Assembly: GCA_038227875.1 (NCBI GenBank)
Contig: JBBRPR010000043.1
Coordinates: 11,877 to 75,876 of the forward strand
Reading direction: 5' to 3'
Length of the DNA stretch: 64,000 bases
From: Planctomycetota bacterium
Lineage (GTDB): Bacteria; Planctomycetota; SZUA-567; H5-PLA8
Shown here in pieces: positions 54,683 to 64,000 of this stretch; the stretch's first letter is position 1, and the number at the start of each line of letters is the position of its first letter. Both the position numbers and the translations under genes were made by a program. The notes under the pieces are model-generated. The model saw only the letters and a program-made list of their open reading frames with translations, was not told where the DNA came from and did not search any database.

Positions 54683-57532
54683 CTAGAACTTCGTACCAAT
54701 CATTCTACCCGCCGCCCCGGCATCCACCGACCGCGAGAACAAAAACCCCTGCGCGCTGTCGCAGCGGAGGTCGGTCAGTTTGCGGAGTTGCTCGGCCGTT
54801 TCGACGCCTTCAGCGACGACTTCCATGTTCGTGCTGCGCGCCAGCGCGATCACGGCGCGGATGATCTCCTGATTTTTCTCGGCGACGAGCATGTCGCGCA
54901 CGAAGGAGCGGTCGACTTTCACGGCGTCGGCCGGGACGCGGTGGAAGTAGCTCAGCGACGAGTAGCCGGTGCCGAAATCGTCGATGGCCAGCTTGACGTT
55001 GAGCTTTTTCATTTCGCGGAAGAAGGCGTCGGTCTGGTCGGCGCGCTCGACGAAACTGCTCTCGGTGATCTCCAGTCGCAGGCATTCCGGCGCGATGCCC
55101 GTCTGCTTCAATACGTCGGAGACCAGCACGGGAACATCGGAATTCGAACAGCTCCAGCCGGAAATATTGACGCTCATCGAAACGCGCCCCACCGGCTTGA
55201 GCGTGCGGGTCCATTCGCTGAGCTGCTTGCAGGCGGTGCGCAGCACCCAGTCGGTGATCGGCACAATCAGGCCGTTCTCTTCGGCCAGCGGAATGAAGGA
55301 GGCCGGCGAGACGATGCCGCGGTCGGGATGTTTCCAGCGGACGAGTGCTTCGAAACCGGTGACGCTGCGGTCGAGCAGCGAGATGATCGGCTGGTACTCG
55401 AGATAAAGTTCCTCGCGTTCGATCGCGCGGCGCAGCGCCGTTTCCATGTGGAGCGTGCTGACGGCCTGCAGATGCATGCTCGTTTCGTACGTTTCGTGGC
55501 GGTTCTTGCCTGAAGTTTTCGCACGATACATTGCCGTGTCGGCTTCGCGCAGCATGTCTTCGGCGCGTTCAAGGTCCGACGTGCCATGCGTGATGCCGAT
55601 GCTCGCCGAGATAAAGACTTCGCGCCCTTCGATGCGAAAGGGTGAACTGAGTTCCTGGCGGATGCGCCCCGCGACCGTCTGTGCGTCGGTGTCTTTCAGA
55701 TCATCGAGCAGCACCACGAATTCGTCGCCGCCCAGCCGGGCGACGGTGTCGGTGGGGCGCAGGCAGACTTCCAGGCGCCGCGCGATGGAAATCAGGAGCT
55801 GGTCGCCGGCCTGGTGGCCGAGGCTGTCGTTGATCAGCTTGAAGCGGTCGAGATCCAGGAAGAGCAGCACGAAGCGGTAATCCGGGCGGCGCTTGCTGCG
55901 GCGGATGGCCTGGCGCAGGCGGTCCATCAGCAGCGCGCGGTTGGGCAGTCCGGTCAGCGTGTCGTGGTAGGCATCGTGTTCCAGCTGCAGCTCGGCGAGT
56001 TTGCGGGCGCTGATGTCTGTCTGTGAACCGGCCATGCGCAGAGCGATGCCGTCGTCGCCGCGCACGGCCAGGCCGCGGCTGATCATCCAACGGTACGTGC
56101 CGTCGGCGTGGCGCATGCGGAATTCGCAGCGGAACGCGGTCGATTTTCCAGTCAGGTGCGCGTCGAGTCCCGCGCGCAGGGCTTCTCCGTCGCTGGGATG
56201 GACGCGGCCGAGCCATTCTTCGGGCGCTTCGGTCAGCTCCGAATTTTCCAGACCCAGCAGCATGCGCCAGCGCGGCGAGTAGTAGACGCGGTCGGTGCGC
56301 AGGTCCCAATCCCACAGGCCATCGTTGGCGCCGAGCGCGGCCAGCGCATAGCGCTCTTCGCTTTCACGCAGCGCCTCTTCGGTGCGTTTGCGTTCGGTGG
56401 CGTCGCGCTGCAGGCAGACGAAATGGGAGGCCTGGCCGTAGGCATCGTAAATCGGCGCGAAATGAATGTCGGCCCAGTATTCCGAACCGTCCTTGCGGTA
56501 TTGCAGCAGTTCGGCGCGCACGGGCTTGGCGCTGGCCAGCGCGTCCTCAATGCGGCGCAGCTGCTTGGCATCGGTGCGCGGCCCATTGCAGATGATCGGC
56601 GAACGGCCGAGAATCTCCGATGCGGCGTAGCCGGTAAGTTTCGTGAAGGCCTGGTTGATCGAGACGGTACGCAGTGCTTCGCCGGAATTTTCCGGCGCCT
56701 GCGCGATCAGCACGGCATCGTGCGCGTGCAGCACAGCCGATTCCATCAGGTGAAGCTGTTCGGCGGTGCGCTTGTATTCGGAGATGTCCTCGACGGTGCC
56801 TTCGAAGTAGACGACGCGCCCGGCGCGGTCGCGCACGGCTCGGGCGTTCTCGGTGATCCAGATCACGCGGCCGTCGGCGCGGTAGACTTGCGATTCGAAA
56901 TTCTCGACGACATCGTCCTTGCGCAGCAGCCCGATGAATTCCTCGCGGCGTCCGGGCTGTACATAAAGCTGATGGGCGATATCGGTGAGTCCGGCGACCA
57001 GCGCCTTGGGCGAGCTGTAACCGTAGATGCGCGCCAGTGCCGGGTTGACATCGAGGTACCGGCCGCCGGGCGTCGTCTGGAAAATCCCTTCGACGGCGTT
57101 CTCAAAGATGCTGTGGTATTTTTCCCGTTGCTGTTGCTGCTGGATGCGCGCTTCGATGTACGCCAGCCGTTCGGTCGCCACGGCGCTGTTGAGCGGCAGC
57201 GGAAGCAGTTCGTCGGCGCCGATGTTGAGCAGTTCGGCGATGCTGTCTTTGCATTGCGGCGGCACGAGCACGGCGAAGACCGGCGTCGCGCCGGTCGGGA
57301 CGCAGCGGAGCTTGGTCAGCATTTTCGTGGCAGAGGCCGTATCGGCCCAGCGCGCGATCAGCACCAGATCGATGGAATGATCGCGCAGAATCGCGGCTGC
57401 GCCGTCGGTGTTTTCGGCGTGACGGACCAGCTGCCCGCGGCAGCGCAACGCGACGCAGGATTCGGAGTGATTGCCCTCCAGATCGAGCAGCAATGCACGC
57501 ACACATTCCGACTGGGCCGGAAGCGTTTCCAT
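54683..57532 (-). CDS. Degenerate REC + 3xPAS + GGDEF + EAL c-di-GMP enzyme
   Basis: HDTLTGLPNR, ARLGGDEF, FEALVRW, IDDFGTGYSSL, VAEGVET; start could be 57532 or 57619. Confidence 0.92.
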   Translation of the reverse strand: METLPAQSECVRALLLDLEGNHSESCVALRCRGQLVRHAENTDGAAAILRDHSIDLVLIARWADTASATKMLTKLRCVPTGATPVFAVLVPPQCKDSIAELLNIGADELLPLPLNSAVATERLAYIEARIQQQQQREKYHSIFENAVEGIFQTTPGGRYLDVNPALARIYGYSSPKALVAGLTDIAHQLYVQPGRREEFIGLLRKDDVVENFESQVYRADGRVIWITENARAVRDRAGRVVYFEGTVEDISEYKRTAEQLHLMESAVLHAHDAVLIAQAPENSGEALRTVSINQAFTKLTGYAASEILGRSPIICNGPRTDAKQLRRIEDALASAKPVRAELLQYRKDGSEYWADIHFAPIYDAYGQASHFVCLQRDATERKRTEEALRESEERYALAALGANDGLWDWDLRTDRVYYSPRWRMLLGLENSELTEAPEEWLGRVHPSDGEALRAGLDAHLTGKSTAFRCEFRMRHADGTYRWMISRGLAVRGDDGIALRMAGSQTDISARKLAELQLEHDAYHDTLTGLPNRALLMDRLRQAIRRSKRRPDYRFVLLFLDLDRFKLINDSLGHQAGDQLLISIARRLEVCLRPTDTVARLGGDEFVVLLDDLKDTDAQTVAGRIRQELSSPFRIEGREVFISASIGITHGTSDLERAEDMLREADTAMYRAKTSGKNRHETYETSMHLQAVSTLHMETALRRAIEREELYLEYQPIISLLDRSVTGFEALVRWKHPDRGIVSPASFIPLAEENGLIVPITDWVLRTACKQLSEWTRTLKPVGRVSMSVNISGWSCSNSDVPVLVSDVLKQTGIAPECLRLEITESSFVERADQTDAFFREMKKLNVKLAIDDFGTGYSSLSYFHRVPADAVKVDRSFVRDMLVAEKNQEIIRAVIALARSTNMEVVAEGVETAEQLRKLTDLRCDSAQGFLFSRSVDAGAAGRMIGTKF

Positions 57533-57841
57533 AGTACGAGGCGACCGCAGCGTCAATGCGTCCACGTGTGAAGTCCAATGAGTGCCATGGGTAAAATAGG
57601 GACGCAACTCTAACTCCATTTTTACTTAAGGAGAATGAGGAGCGTTAAATATGCAGAAATAGTGCGAACGTTGCACGTGAGCATCGAATAGGAACATGTT
57701 CACAGTTTGTCAAGATTTCCGCGATTTTCTGGCGGGGTTTCACGCATCGGGGACCGCTGTGTTTTGAACGCACTGCGTGCAGGCCAACAGTTCGATCAGC
57801 GAAAACTCGTGAGTGGTTAAACGGAGTCAACGACCAATGAC

Positions 57842-58717
57842 TCAGTTCCCCAGTTCTTTCAGCCGCATCGCCGCCGCGTCTTTCAACAACGGAACTCCGT
57901 CGACGATGCTTTTGAGATAATCGCGTTTGTTCTGAAGCTGGTTTTTCTCGACGTACTCGCGCGCCTTGGCGATGCCGGGATGAGCGGCAATCATGGACTC
58001 GAGCTGCGCCTTCAATGCTGCGTCGGTCGTGGACTTCGCCAGACCGGTCAGGTGCTTGATCGCGAGCGGGAAAAGTTTGTTCAGGTCGGCTTTCGCTTTG
58101 GAACTCACGACTTCATCCTTGTCGGTCAGTTGCGGAAGCAGCGCGTTGATCTTCGCGACGATCGCCGGATCAGCAGCGGAGTAGCCGGACGCGGCCAGCG
58201 CCATCACGACGGGGAGATCGGGAGAAAGCTCGATCGTCACACCCAGCTCGGCAAGCGGGTGGAGCAGTCCGGACTGGACGGGTCCGGTGTTCTGGCGCAT
58301 CAGATCGCGGAACGACCCGGCGTGAAACGGCGGCGAATTTCCCAACGGCGCCAGCGAAGCTCCATTTTCATTCTGCGTCAGCGAGAGCACTTCCTTGGCG
58401 TCGAGCGTCGTGAGTGTGAGTTCCTGAATGTCGCCGTCTTTGGAGACGAGATTGAGCTGCCGGTGCGGCGCTTCCTTTTCGACAACTTTGACGTTGAGAA
58501 AATGCTTGTCGGGATTGTGGATGAACGCGCGGAATTCAAAATTTTTCGAGGTTGTGCCCGGCGATGCGCCGGTCCAGGACGCGGTCAGATGTTCGTTGAC
58601 GATTTCCAGATGGAGCGCGTTGAGGATCGACGGAGCGGGTTCCTCCGCGCGGAGTGGACGGGAGGTCAGTAGAAGGCAGACAGAGGTCAAGGCAAAGGCA
58701 TAGCGCAGTCGCGTCAT
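57842..58717 (-). CDS. Secreted hypothetical protein with helical C-terminus
   Basis: Signal peptide ending PLRA-EE; 291 aa. Confidence 0.72.
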   Translation of the reverse strand: MTRLRYAFALTSVCLLLTSRPLRAEEPAPSILNALHLEIVNEHLTASWTGASPGTTSKNFEFRAFIHNPDKHFLNVKVVEKEAPHRQLNLVSKDGDIQELTLTTLDAKEVLSLTQNENGASLAPLGNSPPFHAGSFRDLMRQNTGPVQSGLLHPLAELGVTIELSPDLPVVMALAASGYSAADPAIVAKINALLPQLTDKDEVVSSKAKADLNKLFPLAIKHLTGLAKSTTDAALKAQLESMIAAHPGIAKAREYVEKNQLQNKRDYLKSIVDGVPLLKDAAAMRLKELGN

Positions 58718-58780
58718 GCCGTGCCAGTCTATGGAAGTGAATTGGGATTGGAAAATACAAATCGATTGTCACAACAACGA

Positions 58781-58808
58781 GGGGCGCAGGCTTCCAGGCC
58801 TGCGCCCC
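58781..58808 (-). terminator. Terminator-like hairpin of the 58838..59614 gene
   Basis: GGGGCGCAGGC-ttccag-GCCTGCGCCCC. Confidence 0.65.
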
Positions 58809-58837
58809 ATTTGGGAAGCGCTTTTGGGTCTCTAACT

Positions 58838-59614
58838 TTAGCGGGCATTGTCCCGCTTGGGTTCGCTTCCCGGATTGTTGGAGGACGCCCCGCCGTTCGT
58901 ATTGCGGCTGGATTCGCGAGCCTTGAGATTGTTGTCGGTCGAATCCTTCACTTCGGCCTTTACTTCACTTCCGGGCAGATTGGCCGAAGGCGTTTCCATT
59001 CGGCGCTGTTCTTCGCGGGAATTCCGGATCTCGTTGCGATTCTCGTTTTGGAGTTCATTGCGGCCATCCACTGACGTGTTCAGCGGCTCGCGTTCCTTGT
59101 CGGGAGGGGTCGCCGTGCTCGGCGGATGCTGAACCGAATTGATCTCGCGATCGAAGCCGGTGTTGGAGCGGCCGTTCATGGCGTTGCGTTCGTCGCGGCG
59201 TTCGTCCCGCTGAATGTCCCGCCGCTCGTCCCGATCGTGACGACGGTTGTTCCAGCTCGCTTCCAGTTCAATATGATGATCGTTCCACCACAGGTCGCCT
59301 TCGTGCGCGCGAATGTAGGCGGCGCGGTCGCGGAAGTACTCGTTGCGGTCAAAGGTGCTGTCCAGGCGATGCTGCCGGAAGTAGATGTCGTTTTCCAGAA
59401 CGGGTTCGTCAGCTTCTGCGTATCCGGTGGGCTGGCCGGGCTGCACTTCGAAGCGGTCGTTATCTGAAACGCGCGGATGAACAATCGGCGCCGGGCTGGT
59501 GTCGCAGGAATTGCAATCGTTGTCGTGGTTGCAGCCACACAGGAACAACATGCCGCCCATGGAAATCGCCGCGCTTGTTGCTGCTACGCGCCTCAGTATC
59601 GTGGTCGTAAACAT
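58838..59614 (-). CDS. Predicted lipoprotein, largely disordered; paralogue of 60000..60746
   Basis: GGAGGAG RBS before ATG 59614; LCGC lipobox; DCNSCD; ENDIYFRQHRLDS.FDR..YFRDR core. Confidence 0.8.
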   Translation of the reverse strand: MFTTTILRRVAATSAAISMGGMLFLCGCNHDNDCNSCDTSPAPIVHPRVSDNDRFEVQPGQPTGYAEADEPVLENDIYFRQHRLDSTFDRNEYFRDRAAYIRAHEGDLWWNDHHIELEASWNNRRHDRDERRDIQRDERRDERNAMNGRSNTGFDREINSVQHPPSTATPPDKEREPLNTSVDGRNELQNENRNEIRNSREEQRRMETPSANLPGSEVKAEVKDSTDNNLKARESSRNTNGGASSNNPGSEPKRDNAR

Positions 59615-59941
59615 CGTTATCTCCTCCATTTTAATTTTGATTCGCCTGTTCGGCGCTTCGAATTTCGGAGCCCATCGCATGGGTTCCCGATGTTTGTTTC
59701 ATTACACTTTGCATGCCATGGAACCAAACTGCCCTGCGTGGGGATATATGGTTGGAACACGTCAAAAGGACGGGGTTCATGTCCCGAAATTAGCGCTGAG
59801 ATTCAGAGAAATTCTGTATTCAATACCGCAAATCAGACGGTGCGTTGACGATCCCCGGACAGTACCTTGCGGGGCGCAGAATTCATGGTGAGAGAGTGGA
59901 TGAAAGCAAATTGAGTGGGCGGAGGATACATCAAATGATAA

Positions 59942-59971
59942 CGGGGCGCAGACGGTGAAGTCTGCGCCCCG
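59942..59971 (-). terminator. Terminator-like hairpin of the 60000..60746 gene
   Basis: CGGGGCGCAGAC-ggtgaa-GTCTGCGCCCCG. Confidence 0.65.
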
Positions 59972-59999
59972 CAATGTGCGGCGGTAGTTAACGTTTCAG

Positions 60000-60746
60000 T
60001 TAGCGGCCGTCATGCTTGGCTTCGTTGCCGGAGGCCGGGGTGCCGTTGTTCCGGCCTTCGCGGCTCTCGTTGGATTCTTTGGATTCCTTCTTCTCCTCGG
60101 TGGCAGGGCTGGTTGTGGCCGCTGTTCCCGCTGAGGTGGATGGCGCCGCGTTGGTGCTCTTGGATTTTTCGCGAGCTTCCAAATCAGTGCGCTGTTCCAC
60201 GCGCGAGTCGCGGATTTCGGCCCGGTTTTCGACTGCGGTATTCCGCGGTGTGCGGATCTTCTCGTTCCGTTCCGAGTTCGTGCGCTGATTGTTCATCGCG
60301 TCGCGGTTATCACGGTTGTCGCGGTTATCGCGATTGTCCCGGTTGTTGCTGCGGTGGTCGCGGTCGGAATGACGGCCGTCGTTCCAGCTTGCTTCCAGTT
60401 CGACACGGTGGTCGTTCCACCAACCGTCGCCATCGTGCAAGCGCACGTAAGCGCCCCGATCGCGGAAATACGCGTCGCGGTCGAAGCGGCTGTCGAGGCG
60501 ATGCTGGCGGAAGTAAATGTCGTTTTCGAAGTCGGCGTCCGTGCTGGTTTCGACGTACTGCGCCGGTTGCACTTCCATTCGCTCCCCGTTATCGGAAACG
60601 CGGGCGTGGTGATGATGCGGGGCCGGGCCGGTGTCGCACGGATTGCAATCGTCGTCGTGATTGCAGCCGCAGAGCAAGGCCAGGCAGCCCACGGAAAGTG
60701 CGGCGCCAGTTCCGGCAATTCGCTTGAACCAATTCGTTGTATACAT
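60000..60746 (-). CDS. Predicted lipoprotein with NRD tripeptide repeats; paralogue of 58838..59614
   Basis: GGAGGAG RBS before ATG 60746; LCGC lipobox; DCNPCD; same conserved core. Confidence 0.8.
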   Translation of the reverse strand: MYTTNWFKRIAGTGAALSVGCLALLCGCNHDDDCNPCDTGPAPHHHHARVSDNGERMEVQPAQYVETSTDADFENDIYFRQHRLDSRFDRDAYFRDRGAYVRLHDGDGWWNDHRVELEASWNDGRHSDRDHRSNNRDNRDNRDNRDNRDAMNNQRTNSERNEKIRTPRNTAVENRAEIRDSRVEQRTDLEAREKSKSTNAAPSTSAGTAATTSPATEEKKESKESNESREGRNNGTPASGNEAKHDGR

Positions 60747-61261
60747 CCAAATCTCCTCCAATTTTTTGTACGGTCGCCGGTTATCGGCGCAGAATCCAAA
60801 ACCCCAACACATGGGCTCTTGGTGCCTGCTTCAGTACACTTCATATGCCACGTATCAGAATCGTGCACTTGGGGGTCGGTGGGGGAGATATATGGCGAAT
60901 TAGGCGCTTCCATTATTGGCATTGCTGCGAATATGCCCGATAGTTAGCGATGGCAACGCACCCGGACTGATTATCTTGCAAACATAAATCAGTCAGTATG
61001 CGCTGATCGCCGGACGGTCAAAAACTTCTGGCTCCTGCCGCCGCCTTCTGCCTTTTAGCTCCGTCCGCGCGCTTTTAGCAAATCACCCACCTTGAGCTTG
61101 TCAAACCCTGCCCCTGGCTCCTCCGCACCGTGCGCCTTCCATTTATAAAGATTGTGTGATAGATCTTGAAGACTTTCGCGGAGCGGCAATCATGGTCCTC
61201 CATGAATCAAATCATCGACAACAAGAAGGTGGTGCCGTTCGGGAAGAAGTCTGGAGATGCC

Positions 61262-61951
61262 ATGACCAAAGAGCGCTTGCTCGTCGTTGAAGACGACACC
61301 GACATTCGCGAGCTGATGCGGCATACCATGGCGCGCGAAGGCTACGAGATCACGTCGACAGCGTCGGGCGAAGAGGGCCTGAAGCTGGCTCAGCAAGGAA
61401 CGTTCGACCTCCTGCTGCTCGACTTGATGCTGCCGGGGATGGACGGCCTGGAAGTCTGCCGCCGCGTCCGCTCGGTGCCCAATCTGCGCCGCACGGGCAT
61501 TCTGATCATCACGGCCAAGGACGAAGAAGTCGACGTCGTCACCGGACTGGAACTGGGCGCCGACGATTACCTGGTCAAGCCCTTCAGTGTCCGCGTGCTG
61601 CTGGCACGCGTCCGTGCGCTGTTGCGGCGCATGCGTGAGAATTCCGGGGAGAGTGAAGAGAAGCCATTCACGCTCGGACCACTCACGATCGATCCCGCGC
61701 GCCATGAAGTCTGCGTAAAAGACAAGCCGATCGAACTGACGCTGGCGGAATTCCGCATTCTGCAGAGCCTCGCGCGGCGGCCGGGACGCGTGTTGACGCG
61801 CAACCAATTGCTGGATCTGGCGCTGGGGCAGGACCATTTCGTACTCGACCGCACGATTGACGTGCATGTCAGCGCCCTCCGCCGTAAACTGGGCGAAGCG
61901 GGCCAATGGGTCGAGACCGTTCGCGGCGTCGGCTACCGGTTGAAGGATTGA
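61262..61951 (+). CDS. phoB: OmpR-family response regulator, PhoB/PhoP-like
   Basis: VVEDD, LDLMLPGMDG, GLELGADDY, RTIDVHVSALRRKLG, ETVRGVGYR; paired with a PhoR-like kinase. The symbol is tentative. Confidence 0.8.
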   Translation: MTKERLLVVEDDTDIRELMRHTMAREGYEITSTASGEEGLKLAQQGTFDLLLLDLMLPGMDGLEVCRRVRSVPNLRRTGILIITAKDEEVDVVTGLELGADDYLVKPFSVRVLLARVRALLRRMRENSGESEEKPFTLGPLTIDPARHEVCVKDKPIELTLAEFRILQSLARRPGRVLTRNQLLDLALGQDHFVLDRTIDVHVSALRRKLGEAGQWVETVRGVGYRLKD

Positions 61952-61982
61952 GACCCGCTTCCAGTTTCCGCTTGGAGCGCTC

Positions 61983-63461
61983 ATGAACCGTTCGCCGCGC
62001 ATCCTTAAAGTGATTCTTCCCGGCGCGCTGGCGGTGTACGCGCTGGCTGTGCTGCCTGTCTGGTTTTTCGGGCGGCGTGAGTTGCCCAACCCCGAAGCCT
62101 TCGACCATGCCGTGATCTGGCTGTTCCTCGCGGGTCTGGCGCTCACCACTGTCTGCACTGTTTTGCTGACGCGGATGCTGATCAAGTCCGCCGACCGCAT
62201 CAGCGAAACGGCGGAAGCGCTCGCGCGCGGACAGCTGACGCGTGCGCAAGCCGCCGGCACGATTCCTTCCGAATTCAGCAGCGTGATTGAAACCGTGGAC
62301 CGCTTCACCTCCGAAATGCGCGCGCGCATGGCCGCTCTGGAAGCGGAGCGCAATGGACTCACCGCGATCCTCGGCGCGATGGAGGAAGGGCTGCTGGTCG
62401 TCGACGCGCAAGGACAGGTGTTGATGGCCAATCTCTCGGCTCGGCGCATTTTGAATCTTCCCGAGACGGAGTTGGAAGGCCGGCCGCTCAAGGAACTGTC
62501 GCGGCAGCAGGACCTCCTGGCGAACATCGACCTCTCGATTTCCGAATCGCAGACCTGCAATTTCGAATTCATGTTGCCGGGCTCGTCGCACCACATCCTC
62601 GCCCGTTGCGCACCGTTTCGCGATGGTCCCAAATCGCTGCTGGGCGCGGTGGCGGTGCTTCACGACATCACCGAACTGCGCCGGCTGGAACGGATGCGCA
62701 CCGAGTTCGTCGCCAATGTCTCGCATGAATTGCGTACGCCGTTGACGTCGTTGATGGGTTACCTGGAGACGCTGCAGGAAGGGCTGTGCAGCGATCCGGA
62801 GCAGATTCAGCAATTCCTGAACGTCTGCCGGCGGCAGGCGGAACGACTGAGCGGCATCGTAGAGGACTTGCTCCGCTTGTCGCGACTCGAGAACCCTCAG
62901 CAGGAAATGGCCGCGGCGAAGACGAACCTGGAAGAGATTCTGGGCGTGGCCGTCGAGCAATCCCGCAGCCTGGCCGAAACGCGGGGAATTTCGCTGGAGC
63001 TTGACCTTCCGGGCCGCTCCGCTGTTATCTGGGGAGACCGCGGTCTGCTGGTCCAGGCGGTTTCCAACCTGGTCGAGAATGCGATCAACTACAATCGCGA
63101 CAATGGCAAAGTGACTGTGCGACTGGCGCAGTGGCCACGCGGTCAGACCGGGCAGCCTCCCGGCCAGGAGCAGTGGGAGGTCGCCGTGACGGACACGGGC
63201 ATTGGCATTCCCAGCGACGCCCTGAACCGTATCTTCGAGCGGTTTTATCGTGTGGACAAGGCCCGCTCCCGGGAGCGCGGTGGTACGGGATTGGGGCTGT
63301 CGATCGTCAAACACATCGCACTGGCGCATGGTGCGAGTGTGCACGTTGATTCTGAACTGGAGAAAGGCTCGACCTTCAGGCTGCGCTTTCCATCTAAAAG
63401 GGAGAGATTAGAGGAAGATAAATCGGCCAAAACTGCCAATTCCGATGCGGTGAGCGTCTGA
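61983..63461 (+). CDS. phoR: Sensor histidine kinase, PhoR-like (2TM-HAMP-PAS-HisKA-HATPase)
   Basis: HDITELRRLERMRTEFVANVSHELRTPLT, NLVENAINY, DTGIGI, RIFERFYRVDKARSRERGGTGLGLSIVKH. The symbol is tentative. Confidence 0.82.
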   Translation: MNRSPRILKVILPGALAVYALAVLPVWFFGRRELPNPEAFDHAVIWLFLAGLALTTVCTVLLTRMLIKSADRISETAEALARGQLTRAQAAGTIPSEFSSVIETVDRFTSEMRARMAALEAERNGLTAILGAMEEGLLVVDAQGQVLMANLSARRILNLPETELEGRPLKELSRQQDLLANIDLSISESQTCNFEFMLPGSSHHILARCAPFRDGPKSLLGAVAVLHDITELRRLERMRTEFVANVSHELRTPLTSLMGYLETLQEGLCSDPEQIQQFLNVCRRQAERLSGIVEDLLRLSRLENPQQEMAAAKTNLEEILGVAVEQSRSLAETRGISLELDLPGRSAVIWGDRGLLVQAVSNLVENAINYNRDNGKVTVRLAQWPRGQTGQPPGQEQWEVAVTDTGIGIPSDALNRIFERFYRVDKARSRERGGTGLGLSIVKHIALAHGASVHVDSELEKGSTFRLRFPSKRERLEEDKSAKTANSDAVSV

Positions 63462-63794
63462 AATTTCGGTTGTGGTTGAATTTGAGCAAAAAACATAAAT
63501 ATTTGAAGGAAACTGGTCGATACCGCAACTGTAAGTGAAATTGATGTTTAGAAGAACCGATCAGGGACGATGGGCGAGCTACGAGCCAGAGAAACCCTGT
63601 TTTGCAGATGACAGAGCGGAAGTCGTGTGTTAGAAGACCGCTCACGTGCAAATGCCCGAGGGGGTGTCTCTGCAAGCTCGTTCAGGAATCCCCTGATCGT
63701 AGATGCTGGGATGTTGCAATTGGAAAACGTGGATCGCGAACGATTGCGTTTCTCCAGATGCGGGAAGTACACGAGTTCACTTGAGCAGGAGGGG

Positions 63795-64000
63795 ATGATG
63801 CTGCAGATGCGCAAATGCATTGCATGCCTTATCGCAGCGTTGGTGTTGGTGGTGCCTTGTGCAGTCAAGGCCGCCGATGCATCGCAGGCGGAAATTGATC
63901 AGTTGAAGCGGGACATTGAGGATTTGCGCAAGCGGCTGAATTCGTCGTCGGCGGCACCTCGGTCCAGTAACGTGGAACGAGCGTTGGACAGCAAGTATGG
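63795..64000 (+). CDS. Partial secreted protein (signal peptide + coiled coil), 3'-truncated by the window edge
   Basis: AGGAGG RBS; MMLQMRKCIACLIAALVLVVPCAVKA-ADASQAEIDQLKRDIEDLRKRL; no stop before 64000; absent from the ORF track. Confidence 0.75.
   Translation, partial: MMLQMRKCIACLIAALVLVVPCAVKAADASQAEIDQLKRDIEDLRKRLNSSSAAPRSSNVERALDSKY

Noticed and set aside
56400..56720. LOV photoreceptor domain in the GGDEF-EAL protein
   Set aside because: The PAS domain is LOV-like, but it reads GRSPIICNG rather than GxNCRFLQ.
61141..61175. Pho box upstream of the PhoB-like gene
   Set aside because: Only one 6/7 half-site (CTATCAC, minus strand) with no convincing 11-bp-spaced partner.
1..64000. 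tRNA, rRNA, prophage, integrase or IS elements
   Set aside because: No cloverleaf or rRNA signature and no transposase, integrase or phage structural ORF was recognised.

Overview
GC-rich bacterial chromosomal window, with a gene style suggesting a PVC/Planctomycetota-like organism (inference only). It holds about 40 CDS and no rRNA, tRNA, CRISPR array, transposase or integrase that I can support. Recognisable content: two tandem secreted Ig-domain paralogues; GH35 beta-galactosidase; two parvulin/SurA-type foldases; an ABC-F ATPase; three sugar isomerase TIM barrels; HupE/UreJ; larB; dimeric dUTPase; a 2061-aa glycoside-hydrolase/Ig-repeat surface protein; an NtrC-type sigma54 activator; a Ser/Thr kinase with PA14; mreC-mreD-mrdA-rodA without an adjacent mreB; SpoIID; PspA; a PAS-GGDEF-EAL protein; duplicated lipoprotein transcription units; and a PhoB/PhoR-like pair. 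The best candidate for an undescribed system is the three-gene minus-strand operon at 6505-9634. It encodes two divergent paralogous proteins whose pattern resembles the Ku core, one with an acidic tail and one with a basic Pro/Ala/Lys tail, followed by an ATP-dependent DNA ligase with a WGR-like C-terminal domain. This suggests a heterodimeric-Ku end-joining module distinct from Ku-LigD. The second candidate is a single-chain E1alpha-E1beta-lipoyl-E2 2-oxoacid dehydrogenase. Intergenic spaces carry several unrelated REP/REPIN-like inverted-repeat families. All family calls are by-eye motif recognition; no searches were run.
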